Shown here in pieces: positions 1-23,433 of a stretch of DNA of 64,000 bases. The DNA lies in assembly GCA_947465765.1 (NCBI GenBank), contig CANIAP010000008.1, positions 3,152 through 67,151 on the forward strand, read 5' to 3'. Source of the DNA: a bacterium (GTDB lineage: Bacteria; Margulisbacteria; Marinamargulisbacteria; SXXA01). Position 1 is the stretch's first letter. The number at the start of each line of letters is the position of its first letter. A program made the position numbers and the translations under genes. Under the pieces are notes generated by a model. It was not told the DNA's origin. It saw nothing but the letters and a program-made list of their open reading frames with translations, and ran no database searches.

Positions 1-690
1 GCTAGACAGTTCGCTCGCAATATCAAACTGTAGGCTTTTATATTCTTTGACCAACTGGGTTTCACAGGCCACCATTTCATTTAGTTTTTTGGCCAATAGC
101 TCAAGCCAAGGGCTCACCTTGGCTGCTTCCTTATCTTTTAAATACCTGCCTATCCGAAGTACGCCTTGTTTATGGGTGTTTTCATACTCAATAAGAACCC
201 TACTCTTCCACCCACTGCTATCCTGATCTTTGGCCATATATTTTGAAAGCCGGGCCGGACTTTTCTCTTCAAACAATCGGTTTAATGCGCTTAAAAAACC
301 TTCGCCCTGAGGATGACCCAAAATTTCGGCGACCGCAGTTTGCACCTTGTTTTCATCGATTAAAGTAATCTCAAACGGAAAACGCACTAAGGGGTAAGCC
401 ACGTTTAAAAATGCATCGCGCCCTCTAAAGGCGTCGCAAGTTCTATCATCCAGGGGCTGATGATTAAGTAAATCCGCCATAAAAGACAGCACTGGGTCTA
501 AATCACGGGGGGTATCCCTATGGGTGGTGAGGTACGTATCGAATTCAGTTGCGATGCGGGTGAGTCTATCGATTAAGGAGGGCGTCATTGTTGAGCTTAA
601 AACCACGTCGCTAATTAGGGTACGGACGCTTATTTTTAACTGATCGGAAGTGCAAAGCGGGGTCTTCGTGGTAGCGATTATTTTTTTCAT
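1..690 (-). CDS. Hypothetical protein, partial (runs off left edge)
   Basis: Not in the ORF track. ATG at 690 opens a stop-free frame to base 1 (MKKIIATTKTPLCTSDQLKISVRTLISDVVLSS...). No family recognised. Confidence 0.75.
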   Translation of the reverse strand, partial: MKKIIATTKTPLCTSDQLKISVRTLISDVVLSSTMTPSLIDRLTRIATEFDTYLTTHRDTPRDLDPVLSFMADLLNHQPLDDRTCDAFRGRDAFLNVAYPLVRFPFEITLIDENKVQTAVAEILGHPQGEGFLSALNRLFEEKSPARLSKYMAKDQDSSGWKSRVLIEYENTHKQGVLRIGRYLKDKEAAKVSPWLELLAKKLNEMVACETQLVKEYKSLQFDIASELSS

Positions 691-920
691 AAAAAATCCT
701 TAGTGGAGGTAGCCCAAGATTAGGGTGTTTCTAGCAGAATCGCTTAGTTATCGTGCAATAGAAGAAAAAAATTTCAAAGTATAAAAAAAGAGGGGAGTTC
801 AATAGTTACACCACATGTAATTTATGTTAATCTTAAAAATATTAAAAACCATGGATTTCCTATTTTGGAGAATCACCTCAATCTCGGGCAACACGCCTCA
901 GTACGCATCCTGACCACACG

Positions 921-2249
921 GTGCATGTCGATCACATTAAAACCACGCTTCGTATCAAGGGTCGTCCTGCGGCCACCATTTTTTCCCATTTACTCCAAAC
1001 CGGATTATGGGACGACAATGCGTTAACCCACATTATCCAATTCCAAGCCGATCGAATTGGCCAATACCCCACCTTTGAATCCGCGATTCCTGCGTACATT
1101 GCCTATCGAGACAACCTAACACCCGTCACTAAGGCGTGGGTATCCCTCGTTGTTGGAGCACTTCCGTTGGCCCCAATACAGCCCCAATTCGAAACCGATC
1201 TTTATGAGTGGATTCGGTTAGCCACAGGCGCGCATGGCGTGTCCCAAACTAACCTCCCTCTATTTCTTGAGAGGTACGAGATCGGACTAAAGGAGTCATT
1301 ACATGCCGCCGGCACAATGGGGAGATTCGGCACCGACGACAGCCCCTTACTGAACCGACTTATTCCGCTCATTATCCGTGCGTTTAGTGAGGCTCGCCCA
1401 GATTGGAAATCGCTCCAGACTGCCCCATCGATAGACACCGCAGTTCAAGACCGTGACACCCACCTCAGCCACCAAAAAACAAGGTTACTGGCCGATTGGG
1501 AGATATTGATCGCCCAATTGATCAAATACACCGCCTGGAGTGACGCCGAAGCCCGGGAGTTTGTCCTTCGATACCCCACCGACTTCAATCCTAAAGGCGG
1601 GGTAAAGTTCAATCTCGGCTCAAACAAACTAACCCACACTGATTTCGATAAATTTCTGATCAATCATGTGGAGAAAGGAATCATTGATTCGTTGATGCCC
1701 AATGCCTACATCAAACCGATAATCGAGGCGTGGCGAGAAGTCCGAAATAAAAACTGCCAGCCACTTCAACGCGCGCAGTTGATCGACGCCTCAATTTACG
1801 GACATTTAGAAGTGCGCGCCGGCATGTATCAAGCAGCGGGACTACCCTCCAACGAATGGGCTTACGCAGAAAAGTGGATCAACACCCAGCATTTCTTCAC
1901 CCTGCCCCCTTGGAATTCACGCGCTTGGATCATGAGGGACCCCCAGTTCGTGCCAACCCAAGCCCTTGTCAAGAAAGGAATTGATGAGGCTATTCTCAAC
2001 CGGATCCCCGTCTTAAGGGACTTATTGCCCAGTTGGAGAGAAAAAGAACCCAATCGATCAATCCAAGTATTAGCCGATCGATTCACAAGTCTCCGCGATG
2101 TCGGACTGATCATCAATCCAGGGGTATTCGCGGCACGCGATCACCCCAGATTCGCTCCCTCATTCCCTCAACTATTTCCCCAAACAATCGAAACACCTCC
2201 CCGGCCCCAGCATCGATCCCCAAGATCCTCGATAAAACGGTGCCGATAG
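921..2249 (+). CDS. Hypothetical protein (442 aa; start uncertain)
   Basis: Long ORF with a GTG start and no recognised motif. Confidence 0.7.
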   Translation: MHVDHIKTTLRIKGRPAATIFSHLLQTGLWDDNALTHIIQFQADRIGQYPTFESAIPAYIAYRDNLTPVTKAWVSLVVGALPLAPIQPQFETDLYEWIRLATGAHGVSQTNLPLFLERYEIGLKESLHAAGTMGRFGTDDSPLLNRLIPLIIRAFSEARPDWKSLQTAPSIDTAVQDRDTHLSHQKTRLLADWEILIAQLIKYTAWSDAEAREFVLRYPTDFNPKGGVKFNLGSNKLTHTDFDKFLINHVEKGIIDSLMPNAYIKPIIEAWREVRNKNCQPLQRAQLIDASIYGHLEVRAGMYQAAGLPSNEWAYAEKWINTQHFFTLPPWNSRAWIMRDPQFVPTQALVKKGIDEAILNRIPVLRDLLPSWREKEPNRSIQVLADRFTSLRDVGLIINPGVFAARDHPRFAPSFPQLFPQTIETPPRPQHRSPRSSIKRCR

Positions 2250-2260
2250 TCCCCCCCCTT

Positions 2261-4485
2261 ATGTCACCCAAAAAAAGAGTGGACACTATCTTCCGCTTCC
2301 CACAAACATTCCAGAATGGTTCAAACTCATTAACCCGATACTCGATAGTGGAAAATCCGTCGACGATGTACGTCGCGTTTTATTTGTATTTCCTGAATTT
2401 ACACCCCACGCTGACGATTGCACTCAGCTGAACGCCCTCCACCAAAAAATTGAGGCCCAAAGTGGGGACTCTTGGCCACCCGAAAGAGTCGCTGCGGTCG
2501 GCCCGGTGTTTCATGACCTTATCCAAGAGGCCGCTATCGCAGAATCGACAGTGCTGACCTATATCATTGAGTTGGGTCCGGAAACCCACGCATTCGAACA
2601 TCAAATTGCGACTGTCGTTAAGGGAGTTCCGATTGGCCCAGCCCGAATGATTACATTTATCGCCCACTACCGGCGCCTGACAGACCCCACCTCCCCGGCT
2701 ATAGAAACGATTAAACATCGGGCCACGGAATATTTTCGACTCCATTTTTCGATCCAAGAAATCGCCAAATTCGAAAAACAACTGCCCAGCGACTTATCAA
2801 AGGCCGAGACTCAGGAACTGATCCGACGCATGTTCTTTAATCGATTTCCCCCATTGCTCATCGACGGGATGGAGGCTTGTTATTACTCATTAATAGGGGC
2901 CCGCGCCATTTCCGAAATCGCCACCCCTGAATATCGCGCGGCAGAAATTACGTTGCGACACGCCAGAGACGCTAGATATTCTGAAAAACGGCTCCCTGAA
3001 ACATGGGCCGCCGCCATCGAAGCCACGATCCGTCAAAATTATCCGACCCCATACGCAATCGCCGATGACGTTCTGGATCACTATATTGAAACACTTGCCC
3101 AGTTGGTAGACAGCGACAGAACGATACTTGGGGGAATCTTGGATCGCCTTGATATTCCGCACGACCCCATTGAGGAGATACGAGATAGGGTTCGAATGAT
3201 AGCGGAAGCTACACCAATCGAGATGGCCCCACCCTCAGTCCACGGAAACAGACCCCTGCTCTCCGTCAACCAACGCCTCGGACGCATTTTTTCCAGTGAA
3301 ACGACGATCAAGAATCTGGCATCCAGCCCAGTAACGGCTTCGCCAGAAGACTATTTGAGATCGATTTCCAATCGCGTTCCCACGGCATTTACACAGGCGC
3401 TTTCGGGCTACATTCAACACTATTCCGACCATCACCAGTCCATCTTTCGTGGCCTGGGGATACACCCAGAGGACTTTAGTCTCCTTCAGGAAACACTCCA
3501 AATAGGCACTCCGGACTCCGAAATCCGACGTGATATCGACCGAAGCCTGATTAGCGGATTGGCGAAAAAGCGGTGGGAATGGTATGCCTCCTTGCAGATA
3601 AACCCTGCCGTTTGGGACATCAACATCCGGACGTTCCCCCAACAACCCGGTGAATCAAAAACCAATCACACCCGCCGATTTTTAGGCGTCGTAAGATCGA
3701 AACTGGACGCAACAACACGATTAGCCATCTATCAACAAAAAGGGTTCCATCAAGGACAAGTAGAGGCCATTGAACGCATTGGCAACCAGCATTTTGCAGA
3801 CCTTATGCAATCTGACCCAAAAACAGCAGTGTCGCGAGCAATTGATATCTTTTCCGCACCTGATCGCATGGCAACGTATCAGAAACTCGGTTACCGAGGA
3901 GGCACCGTGCAGTGGGTCGAGCGAATTTACGCCGAACTTCCCGATACCTACCCCACCCATAAAGAGAAATTCGAAGCGGCACTGGCAGATCGGTCTAGAA
4001 AGGATGCTGAACACATCCGTATTCTCGAGGCAGCCGCAGCCCATCAATCAAGGATTGCCAAGGCGGAAACAGTCCGTCAAATAAGGATTTACGAGGGGGA
4101 AGTCGCCGCTTATCGTTATTTAGGCATTGAGGAAAGGGACATTCCAATAATCCGAGCCCGTTGGCCGGGACTATCCGACGAGGCCAGGATTGAAAAATAT
4201 ATTGGATATCAGGATAGGTGTTACCAGTATAGATTAAACAGTATCCCAGAATCCGAGCATTTAAAATTCGATACGACTCACTGGAAGGAAGGGATGACTG
4301 GAAAAGCCACGATTGAGGTGTATAAAACTGAATTAAAATTGCAGAAGATCAGGGAGGCAGAGAAGGCAGAGGCCGCAAGGAAACAGGAGGCGGACAGACC
4401 GGCCAGGGAGGCCAGGGAGAAGGCAGCATACGAGCGGAGAAAGCGGGAGGAGAGGGATGAGAGGGTGAAGGCGGGAGGGCCTTAA
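2261..4485 (+). CDS. Hypothetical helical protein with a charged E/R/K/A C-terminal helix; likely starts at ATG 2261 across an A7 frameshift (track start 2506)
   Basis: The frame of the 659-aa ORF is open from 2236. ATG 2261 joins it if the A7 tract (2270-2276) gains one base. Confidence 0.65.
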
Positions 4486-4518
4486 CCCACAAGACTATCC
4501 ACCCCCAAATTAGACCCC

Positions 4519-4606
4519 AAAAAGTCCGAGATGTGCCATTTCTCGGGCTGCGCGGTGGTGCATACGCACCATAAGCAGCCCGAAAATTGTGCAGATCGGA
4601 CTTTTT
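4519..4606. terminator. Long nested inverted repeat between convergent genes (bidirectional terminator or REP/MITE-like)
   Basis: AAAAAGTCCGA(4519-4529)/TCGGACTTTTT(4596-4606); TCGGGCTGC(4543-4551)/GCAGCCCGA(4575-4583); TGGTGC-atac-GCACCA(4556-4571). Confidence 0.6.
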
Positions 4607-5429
4607 ACGAGCGCCGGATTACGGAGCCGGTGCGAAAGCCGTACCACCCCGCTATTTGCTGAACCACCTGAGAATCCGGTCTCCCCTCAGGATCAATAAC
4701 CTCCGACAACGGCGTAACCCGAACCCGTATAATCACCGGATTATCACCCCCCGCCAACGGATATTTTACAAACTCGGTATGGTCCACCAAAGTCACGTCT
4801 TTGACCTGTCGAATCAACGACGTCACCTGAGTTTCAAAATCCAGCTGCATCGATAGTTTACGATCGGTAACTTCTGGATTGATAAAGGCAACCACGCTAT
4901 AGCCCCGCTCAATCAGCCGCACAATATTGTGATACTGGGCATCCGTCCCCAAGTCATCCATCATTACCGGTTTGAGTTGTTTATAAAAATTGGGGGTATT
5001 AATCCACCGAATAAGCCGAAATTGGGCCAACGCTTTGGGAATGGGCATAATCACCGGACAATCCAATGCTTGTAGCAAAAATGGGCCGTCCATAAAATGC
5101 GATCTCACCGCCAGAATCAACCGGCCTGTCGAAGACACCCCTAAATCCTGGGTGGTATAAAACGTGCATTCCCGGTGCGCAAAATACCACCGCCAAAATC
5201 GACCAATATAGGACCGCTGAGCATGCCAACGGGCCCCCGTCCGGCCCACAGTAACCGCCATCATAACAGCCCAACGTAGCGCCCAAATCGGCCAGCCAGC
5301 GATCGCTCGGCTCCGAGAAACGAAGCGCCAAATAACTCGTTCCTTGCCTCCAAGTCCCAGAGCCACCCGCAACGAATATCGATATGAAGCCATGTAGAAC
5401 GCAATTTTTTCGTCGATGCCAGAAATCAC
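4605..5429 (-). CDS. Degenerate PlsC/LPLAT-like acyltransferase-fold protein
   Basis: GRLILAVRSHFMD resembles the NHxSxxD block. LIERGYSVVAFINPE resembles the L..G.SV.IFPEG block. N-terminal hydrophobic segment present. Confidence 0.5.
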   Translation of the reverse strand: MISGIDEKIAFYMASYRYSLRVALGLGGKERVIWRFVSRSRAIAGWPIWALRWAVMMAVTVGRTGARWHAQRSYIGRFWRWYFAHRECTFYTTQDLGVSSTGRLILAVRSHFMDGPFLLQALDCPVIMPIPKALAQFRLIRWINTPNFYKQLKPVMMDDLGTDAQYHNIVRLIERGYSVVAFINPEVTDRKLSMQLDFETQVTSLIRQVKDVTLVDHTEFVKYPLAGGDNPVIIRVRVTPLSEVIDPEGRPDSQVVQQIAGWYGFRTGSVIRRS

Positions 5430-6070
5430 AATACGTTCCCTTGATCTTTTTTCATTACACTCGACACTATCGATTCCCGTTCTTTTCGGCGTTTCTCTGC
5501 ATCCGCAATGTCTTTCGATTGAACCCCATCCGACGGGGTCGGCAGAGGGACATCGGTCATCGGTGTTGGCACAGGCTGCGATGGAGCAACGGGATCCTTT
5601 TTTGGAACCATTTGATGTAGATCCGCTATTACAGGACTTGCCGGAGCCACCTTGGGCTGCACCTGTGGGACCGCATAATCCACCTGGTGCACCGTCGCAG
5701 GACGGGAATCCAGCTTGATTTCTACCAAAGGCGCTGGCTTGCTCGGTGGGGATACAGTGGGTCGGGATTTAGTAACGGGATCGGGCGGTGTGACATGAAC
5801 CGTGGGTGATGGCGTTTTTGCTACCGGAACCTTGGAGGTCTTGGGCAAGTCCGTCAGAGGAAACAGGCTGCCCATTTCAATATCTGGCGCAGGAATTGTT
5901 ACCGGAAATTTTTGCTCTACCCGTGTGGCATGGACCGCCGCCCGAACCGGCCGCGCCACTTCCTGGACCAGTTTTTCAAAATACTCCGCCAACGCCTCGG
6001 GGTCTTTCCGAAAGCGTTCAAACATCTCTTTATCGATCTTGAATAAATCGTCAGGCTCGGGGTTCGGCAT
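5426..6070 (-). CDS. Pro/Ser/Thr-rich hypothetical protein
   Basis: 214 aa with helical ends and a low-complexity Pro-rich core; overlaps both neighbours. Confidence 0.7.
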   Translation of the reverse strand: MPNPEPDDLFKIDKEMFERFRKDPEALAEYFEKLVQEVARPVRAAVHATRVEQKFPVTIPAPDIEMGSLFPLTDLPKTSKVPVAKTPSPTVHVTPPDPVTKSRPTVSPPSKPAPLVEIKLDSRPATVHQVDYAVPQVQPKVAPASPVIADLHQMVPKKDPVAPSQPVPTPMTDVPLPTPSDGVQSKDIADAEKRRKERESIVSSVMKKDQGNVL

Positions 6071-6323
6071 CGATATTCTTTAGTTGCTCAGTCAACTCAC
6101 CCATCCGACGTATCGAATCAACCACCTCTTGGCGCCCCGACATAATGCCCTTCATGGCACTGCTCACGCCCACTTCATGCTCACGCATTTCAGCTTGGCA
6201 TTTAAGTCGAAATTCTTCTCGTTTACGCTCGATATACCGAAATCGAAACAGCAGCATTGCGATGTCCACAATAATCAGAATCGTAATGATAAGAACTGAG
6301 GATACTCCGAAAATCATGGTCAC
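6051..6323 (-). CDS. Small single-TM protein with a helical tail
   Basis: IFGVSSVLIITILIIVDIAMLLF followed by a charged helix; GTGA overlap with the upstream stop. Confidence 0.7.
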   Translation of the reverse strand: MTMIFGVSSVLIITILIIVDIAMLLFRFRYIERKREEFRLKCQAEMREHEVGVSSAMKGIMSGRQEVVDSIRRMGELTEQLKNIDAEPRA

Positions 6324-7258
6324 TCCTTTGTCATCGCGGGCATAGACTCAAGGGCCCAGCGTACATTTTCAAAATTCGCAGTGTCAATGGAGGCCCTCAA
6401 GTCATTCATCAACTTAGTCGCGCGATTTCGTTTCGATAAATCAGGATGAAGTTCATCCGCACGAATCAATTCAATGACGGGGACGATGGTGTCATTGGGA
6501 AATTGGTTTAAAACTTTCAATACCCACTGAATATCAGGCATCCGATATATCGCCTCCCGGACGGTGCGAAGCAAGGGAAGCCGCCCCTCGTCAGGAAATG
6601 CCCGAGGAAGATACGCCAACATCCAATGAAGCTTTAAATATTTATTAAAATCGGTTGCGCAATCCAATGGAATCGCCATTCGCACCAGTTCCGCAACCAC
6701 CTCGGCGACAACGCGAACGACATCATCCCAGTCAAAATCCCGTCGCAAAACCAGGGCTGAGACTTCCATATCTGAGACCGATTTGGTGTCATCCATAATT
6801 TGGGTCACCAGCCGCTCCACCCGAGTTTCAATCATCGCGGCGCCCTTGGCTTTGGATACAAAGGTGCCCCCCACCCGACTCATTTGGCCCGCCGAACGAT
6901 GACGCAACACATGGTATAAGCGGGGCGAATGAATATACAGGTCTTCCAATAATTTTCTCTGAAGCGGCGCCCGCAACCCCGAAAATACCTCCAGAAGGAT
7001 CTCCGGATCCACCCACTCCACCCACACCGCGCTACGCAACTCAACCAAGGCGGGCGCCATTTGAATCAACGCGGGTGTTCCCAGAGCCTGAGTGATTAAT
7101 CGGGACACCGAGTCCTCGGCCTCGACAATCATGGCCACGACCACGTCGATGGCGTCGGGTTGGAGCCCGACATTCCGTTCCAGTTTTACAAAAATCCGCT
7201 CCAAAATGGTCTTTGAAATTGCGGTCTGTTCGTCAGTAAAGTCGCTCAAGCGAATCAT
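6320..7258 (-). CDS. Helical hypothetical protein, weak FliG-C/MgtE-N-like segment
   Basis: The likely start is ATG 7258, 1 nt after the upstream TAA. VDPEILLEVFSGLRAPLQRKLLEDL..PRLYHVLR resembles the FliG-C pattern. Confidence 0.65.
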   Translation of the reverse strand: MIRLSDFTDEQTAISKTILERIFVKLERNVGLQPDAIDVVVAMIVEAEDSVSRLITQALGTPALIQMAPALVELRSAVWVEWVDPEILLEVFSGLRAPLQRKLLEDLYIHSPRLYHVLRHRSAGQMSRVGGTFVSKAKGAAMIETRVERLVTQIMDDTKSVSDMEVSALVLRRDFDWDDVVRVVAEVVAELVRMAIPLDCATDFNKYLKLHWMLAYLPRAFPDEGRLPLLRTVREAIYRMPDIQWVLKVLNQFPNDTIVPVIELIRADELHPDLSKRNRATKLMNDLRASIDTANFENVRWALESMPAMTKE

Positions 7259-7259
7259 C

Positions 7260-10200
7260 TTAGATTCCCCCCGGCGGTATGTGCCCAGAAAATCCGACAT
7301 CGGGCGCACTGGACCGCGCCAAACTCCCCAATATGTCAGTGATATCCATTCCGTTGGAAATAACCGCTGCCGCCACCTCGGGTGTAATCGCACGTCCCAA
7401 AGCATCGAATTTTGTCTTTACCCCACTTGGGCCTGCCGTTTTCGGGTCATTCAAGACCCCGATCAACGCGTTAAAATCGGGATGGCTCAGAGAATTATCA
7501 GCCTGGGTACCGAGCATCATCATATCCGTCATCAACTGCTGTTTAATAAGCGCCATATCTGCTCCGGTTTCACGGGAGCGGACGTCCGCACCGACCAACG
7601 CCGCATCCACCCATTTCTCAACGCCGACCGATAATAACGTTTGATGCGAGCCGGTTACTACCCGAGACATTACCAGTATCTCCGTTAATGAAAACCCTTC
7701 TTTCGAGAGTGTCCTCAAAATATGATTCCCATCCGAGTTAGAATTTACAAGGTGTTGCATCTGGGTCTGCGCCTCGCCCAAGCGAGCTACGCTCAACCCC
7801 ACACTGGCCATGACGTTGGAATGATCGGTCACTAAATCCCGATCATCGGTCCCCCCTTCCGCTAAAGCGGTGGCAAGCAGCATTCCCAACGCGGCTCGTT
7901 TTTTGGGAGTATCCGCTGGATCCGCCGCCCTCAGACTGGATTCGATTATCTTTCTTGGGACATCAAATTTGGGGGCACTTTCGTGCATTTCTCCGGGCAC
8001 AGTAGCAAACCTAAGCGTATCGGGAGTAATCCCATGGCGATCCACCTGCGCCATCAATTCGGTGACCCCCAAATCCAAATCCAAAGAGGCTACTTTAGAT
8101 CGATCAAGCATCCCCAGACGTGGCGTCAGCAGTGGCTCTAAACTGCCACCGGACACCATCCATCTGGCCATGTCGACTGCATGATCCTCTCGACTTTGTT
8201 GCAAACCCGTTTTAAGCTCCGGACACCACTGAAACAGGGGTTGGGCGTCCCAACGTTGGGTCATTTTTTCGGTTTCCTGAGGCATCGCCTTCATTACCGA
8301 TGAAGCGAGACGTATTCGGTTTTCATCACTCCCCCCGTCGAGTAGTCCCGACAACGCCGCATTGGCCCCGGTCACATCGGGAGTCTGAACAATTGAGGCA
8401 ATGAGCGCATCGCAGGTCGCATCATCTACCGACGATAAAATCTCATGCACCCAAGGCTGCACAGAAGTCGTTCTGACTATTTCACCAAAAAGCGCGTGTA
8501 GTTTGCCCGTCGTCCCATTCGTCGCCGCACCCCACGTTCCCTCGGTAATCTCAGTCCGCACGAAGCGGGACACGGCTCCCTCTAGAGCGGTCCCCGCCTG
8601 AGGGCCATTGGGATGCAGGACCTTCAACGCATCCAATGCCGCTGAGGCCAGATCTTTATTATCTGAAAGCCCCGCAAAACCCGCAGCCGCCTGCATATCG
8701 GACTTGCCCATAAATGCCTTTAAGGTTTCGGTGACCATAGTATGACCGATATCGTCGAGGACGAGTGGCGCCAATGCCCCCATCAGTTCCGATGCCGCTT
8801 GAGGGACGTTCCCGGTCTTACCCACAGTCTCCAATAATGCCGAGATCCACCTGCGCGTTTCTGACGCCGGGATTACCTGCCCGGGACACAATGCCCAGAG
8901 CGACTTCATAGTTGCTGCACGGTCACCTAACCCGCCCTCGACTTCGTCCACAAACTGATCCCCCAACTGGGCGCGGGTCTGGGTCATAAACACAACCGCC
9001 CGAGCCCCAAGATCGGGCGGCATCCCCACCCCACCGATCAACCGATCCCACACTGACGCACCGGTGTTCGTTGGGGCCCCCAGCACTTTAAATACCGGTG
9101 TCTCCAAGATTTTGGCAATCGACGGTTGGGGAACACCGTTAACCACTGCTCTCACCTGTTTTTCAACCTCGGCGAGGGTACTTCCTATCGCTGCGGGGTT
9201 CCCCGTTAGGTTAAAGGCCATCATATCCACCGAATGTTGATCGAGTACGCCAGACTGCAGCATTGTTTGAAGGCCTTGATCTGGCGGGACACGATCGGCG
9301 CCTAATTCGGCAGGCACCGCCGGAGCGCCCACGCTCACTGGCCAGCGCTCCCGCAATTGATCCCCCAAGTCAGGGAACTGATGGGCGAAGTCCACCAACA
9401 TAGGCTTGAAATCGGTCATCTTGTGCGCCATTTCAATGGAAACCACAGAAGGAACAAACCCATTACTCTTCATCGTGTTCAACAAGGACATTCCACTCAA
9501 TGCATCCCCACGACCTTCATCAATCAAGACCTTTCCAACGACGATTGTGAGGTCTTTAGGCGCAGCACTCCCCCCCGTCACTCGCGCCAACTCATCAACA
9601 GCCGCTCGGCCTGCGGGGGCAGGCAATTCAATCAAGGCGCTCACCAAGGTCTTGATCGCACCGGCACGGTCTGGCCCCGCCAAAAACTGGGGATCCCCAA
9701 TCGTTCGCTCAATCACCTCTTTTACATTGGCGCCATTCGGCGTTACTGCACCCTTGATGACATCCCTGGCAGTTTCCAACTCCGTCACTGCCCGCATTAA
9801 TACTCGGGACCGATACGCTTCAGGGGTGTCATCATCCGATTTTAGTGCCGTTGTGGCCTGCGCTATAAAATGAGGATTATTGGCCACTTTTGAGGCAAAT
9901 CGCTCAATATCGGCAGAATGGGAATCCACAAATAATGCCAAGTTATTCGTGGTTAAATGCGGGATCAAGTCAGGGGAGTTTTCCGCCATAATGAGGGCCG
10001 CATGCGGTTTGGCGTTTATGGCCTCGACCCAACGGGTAGTCGCACCCAAATCCGAAGAATTCGCAAAACTGCTCTGATCCGAGGGATCCAATTGGTGGAT
10101 CACTGCCGACTTAACCGCCGGAATCGACCGAAGCATTTGTGCTGAGGAGCCCTTAATCTCGCCTTCAGTTAAGCGGGTCGCCAAAGCCTCTGCCAGTTCT

Positions 10201-11104
10201 GGACTGATCGCGGTTAAATTCCTCAATGCCAATGCGCCTTTGGCGGATGACATTAACGTCGGCAATACCGCGTTACTTATCTCGGCATTCTTTGCAATGT
10301 GAAGCATGGGCTGTAGTAGAGCATCGGCGGGTAGATTCGGGTTTTCTGCCGCCATCAACAACTGGGTGGTCGAGTCCAAATCCCCGGTGGGCCTCAAAGA
10401 ACGGACATCCACACCGATTCCCAAATCGTTCAGTCGTCCGTGGAGTTCAGTACCCCAAGATCGCCCACCTTCCGCCGGCAGATTCGATGGTTCCAACGGA
10501 TGATGTGTGTCCAAATGGGCCACCAACCCATCTCGCGGTTCGGGCGCCATACGTTGAAACAACTGGGTCACCCCTTGAATCTCAAGCGCACCGGTACCGT
10601 CCCTCAGAATAAACGAGACATCTGGGTTTTGATCGGCGGCGGTAAACATTTGTTGCCAAAATAACCCTCGGGCTTGCCCATCGGGGATACGGGGGCTCAA
10701 GTCGCCAATGACCGAATACACTCGACTTGGGGGCTCGGCGGCTTCAGCCACCGTCTTTGATAAGTTATTCAACGCCGTTGCCATCGCCTGCGGGGTTTGG
10801 TGGCTTGAAATCACGCCCGCCAATACATCGGGGGACGTTTGAAGCATATCCGTGACGGTGGCCTTGGCGACGGCGGTTTCACTTTCCAGCAACCCCGATC
10901 CCCGGATCAGCCCCACCATGACGTCGACGCCTTTAGCCTGATTATTGGAAAAAGCGACGTTGATCGCGTCTGTCAATCGCCCCACATGCACTGACGTCAT
11001 CTTATCGCCCATCCCCGCCATGCCGTTCAATCGCGAGGCCGTTTCCAATGCAATAGCCAAAGGTTCATTACTATTCGCCTCAATATCTGAGTCTGGGATT
11101 TCGT

Positions 11105-11108
<4 letters not shown>
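7260..11108 (-). CDS. Large all-alpha hypothetical protein (1282 aa)
   Basis: Ala/Leu-rich amphipathic helices throughout, no signal peptide; ATGA overlap with the 4061-aa gene. Confidence 0.85.
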
Positions 11109-23290
<12,182 letters not shown>

Positions 23291-23433
23291 AATGCCACTT
23301 CCCTTCAGAATTTTTAAAAAGTCACCTGATTTGAGTCAGTAAATAGGGGCGCGTAACAGATACACGTATAGCGGTTAGGTCCAACGCCCCATGGGGGTAT
23401 TCCCAATTTGGGACATCCTAAAACATTTTAAAA

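Noticed and set aside
824-920. Frameshifted upstream start for the 921 ORF (ATG 824/851)
   Set aside because: Only an A5 tract and a short extension; too weak to call.
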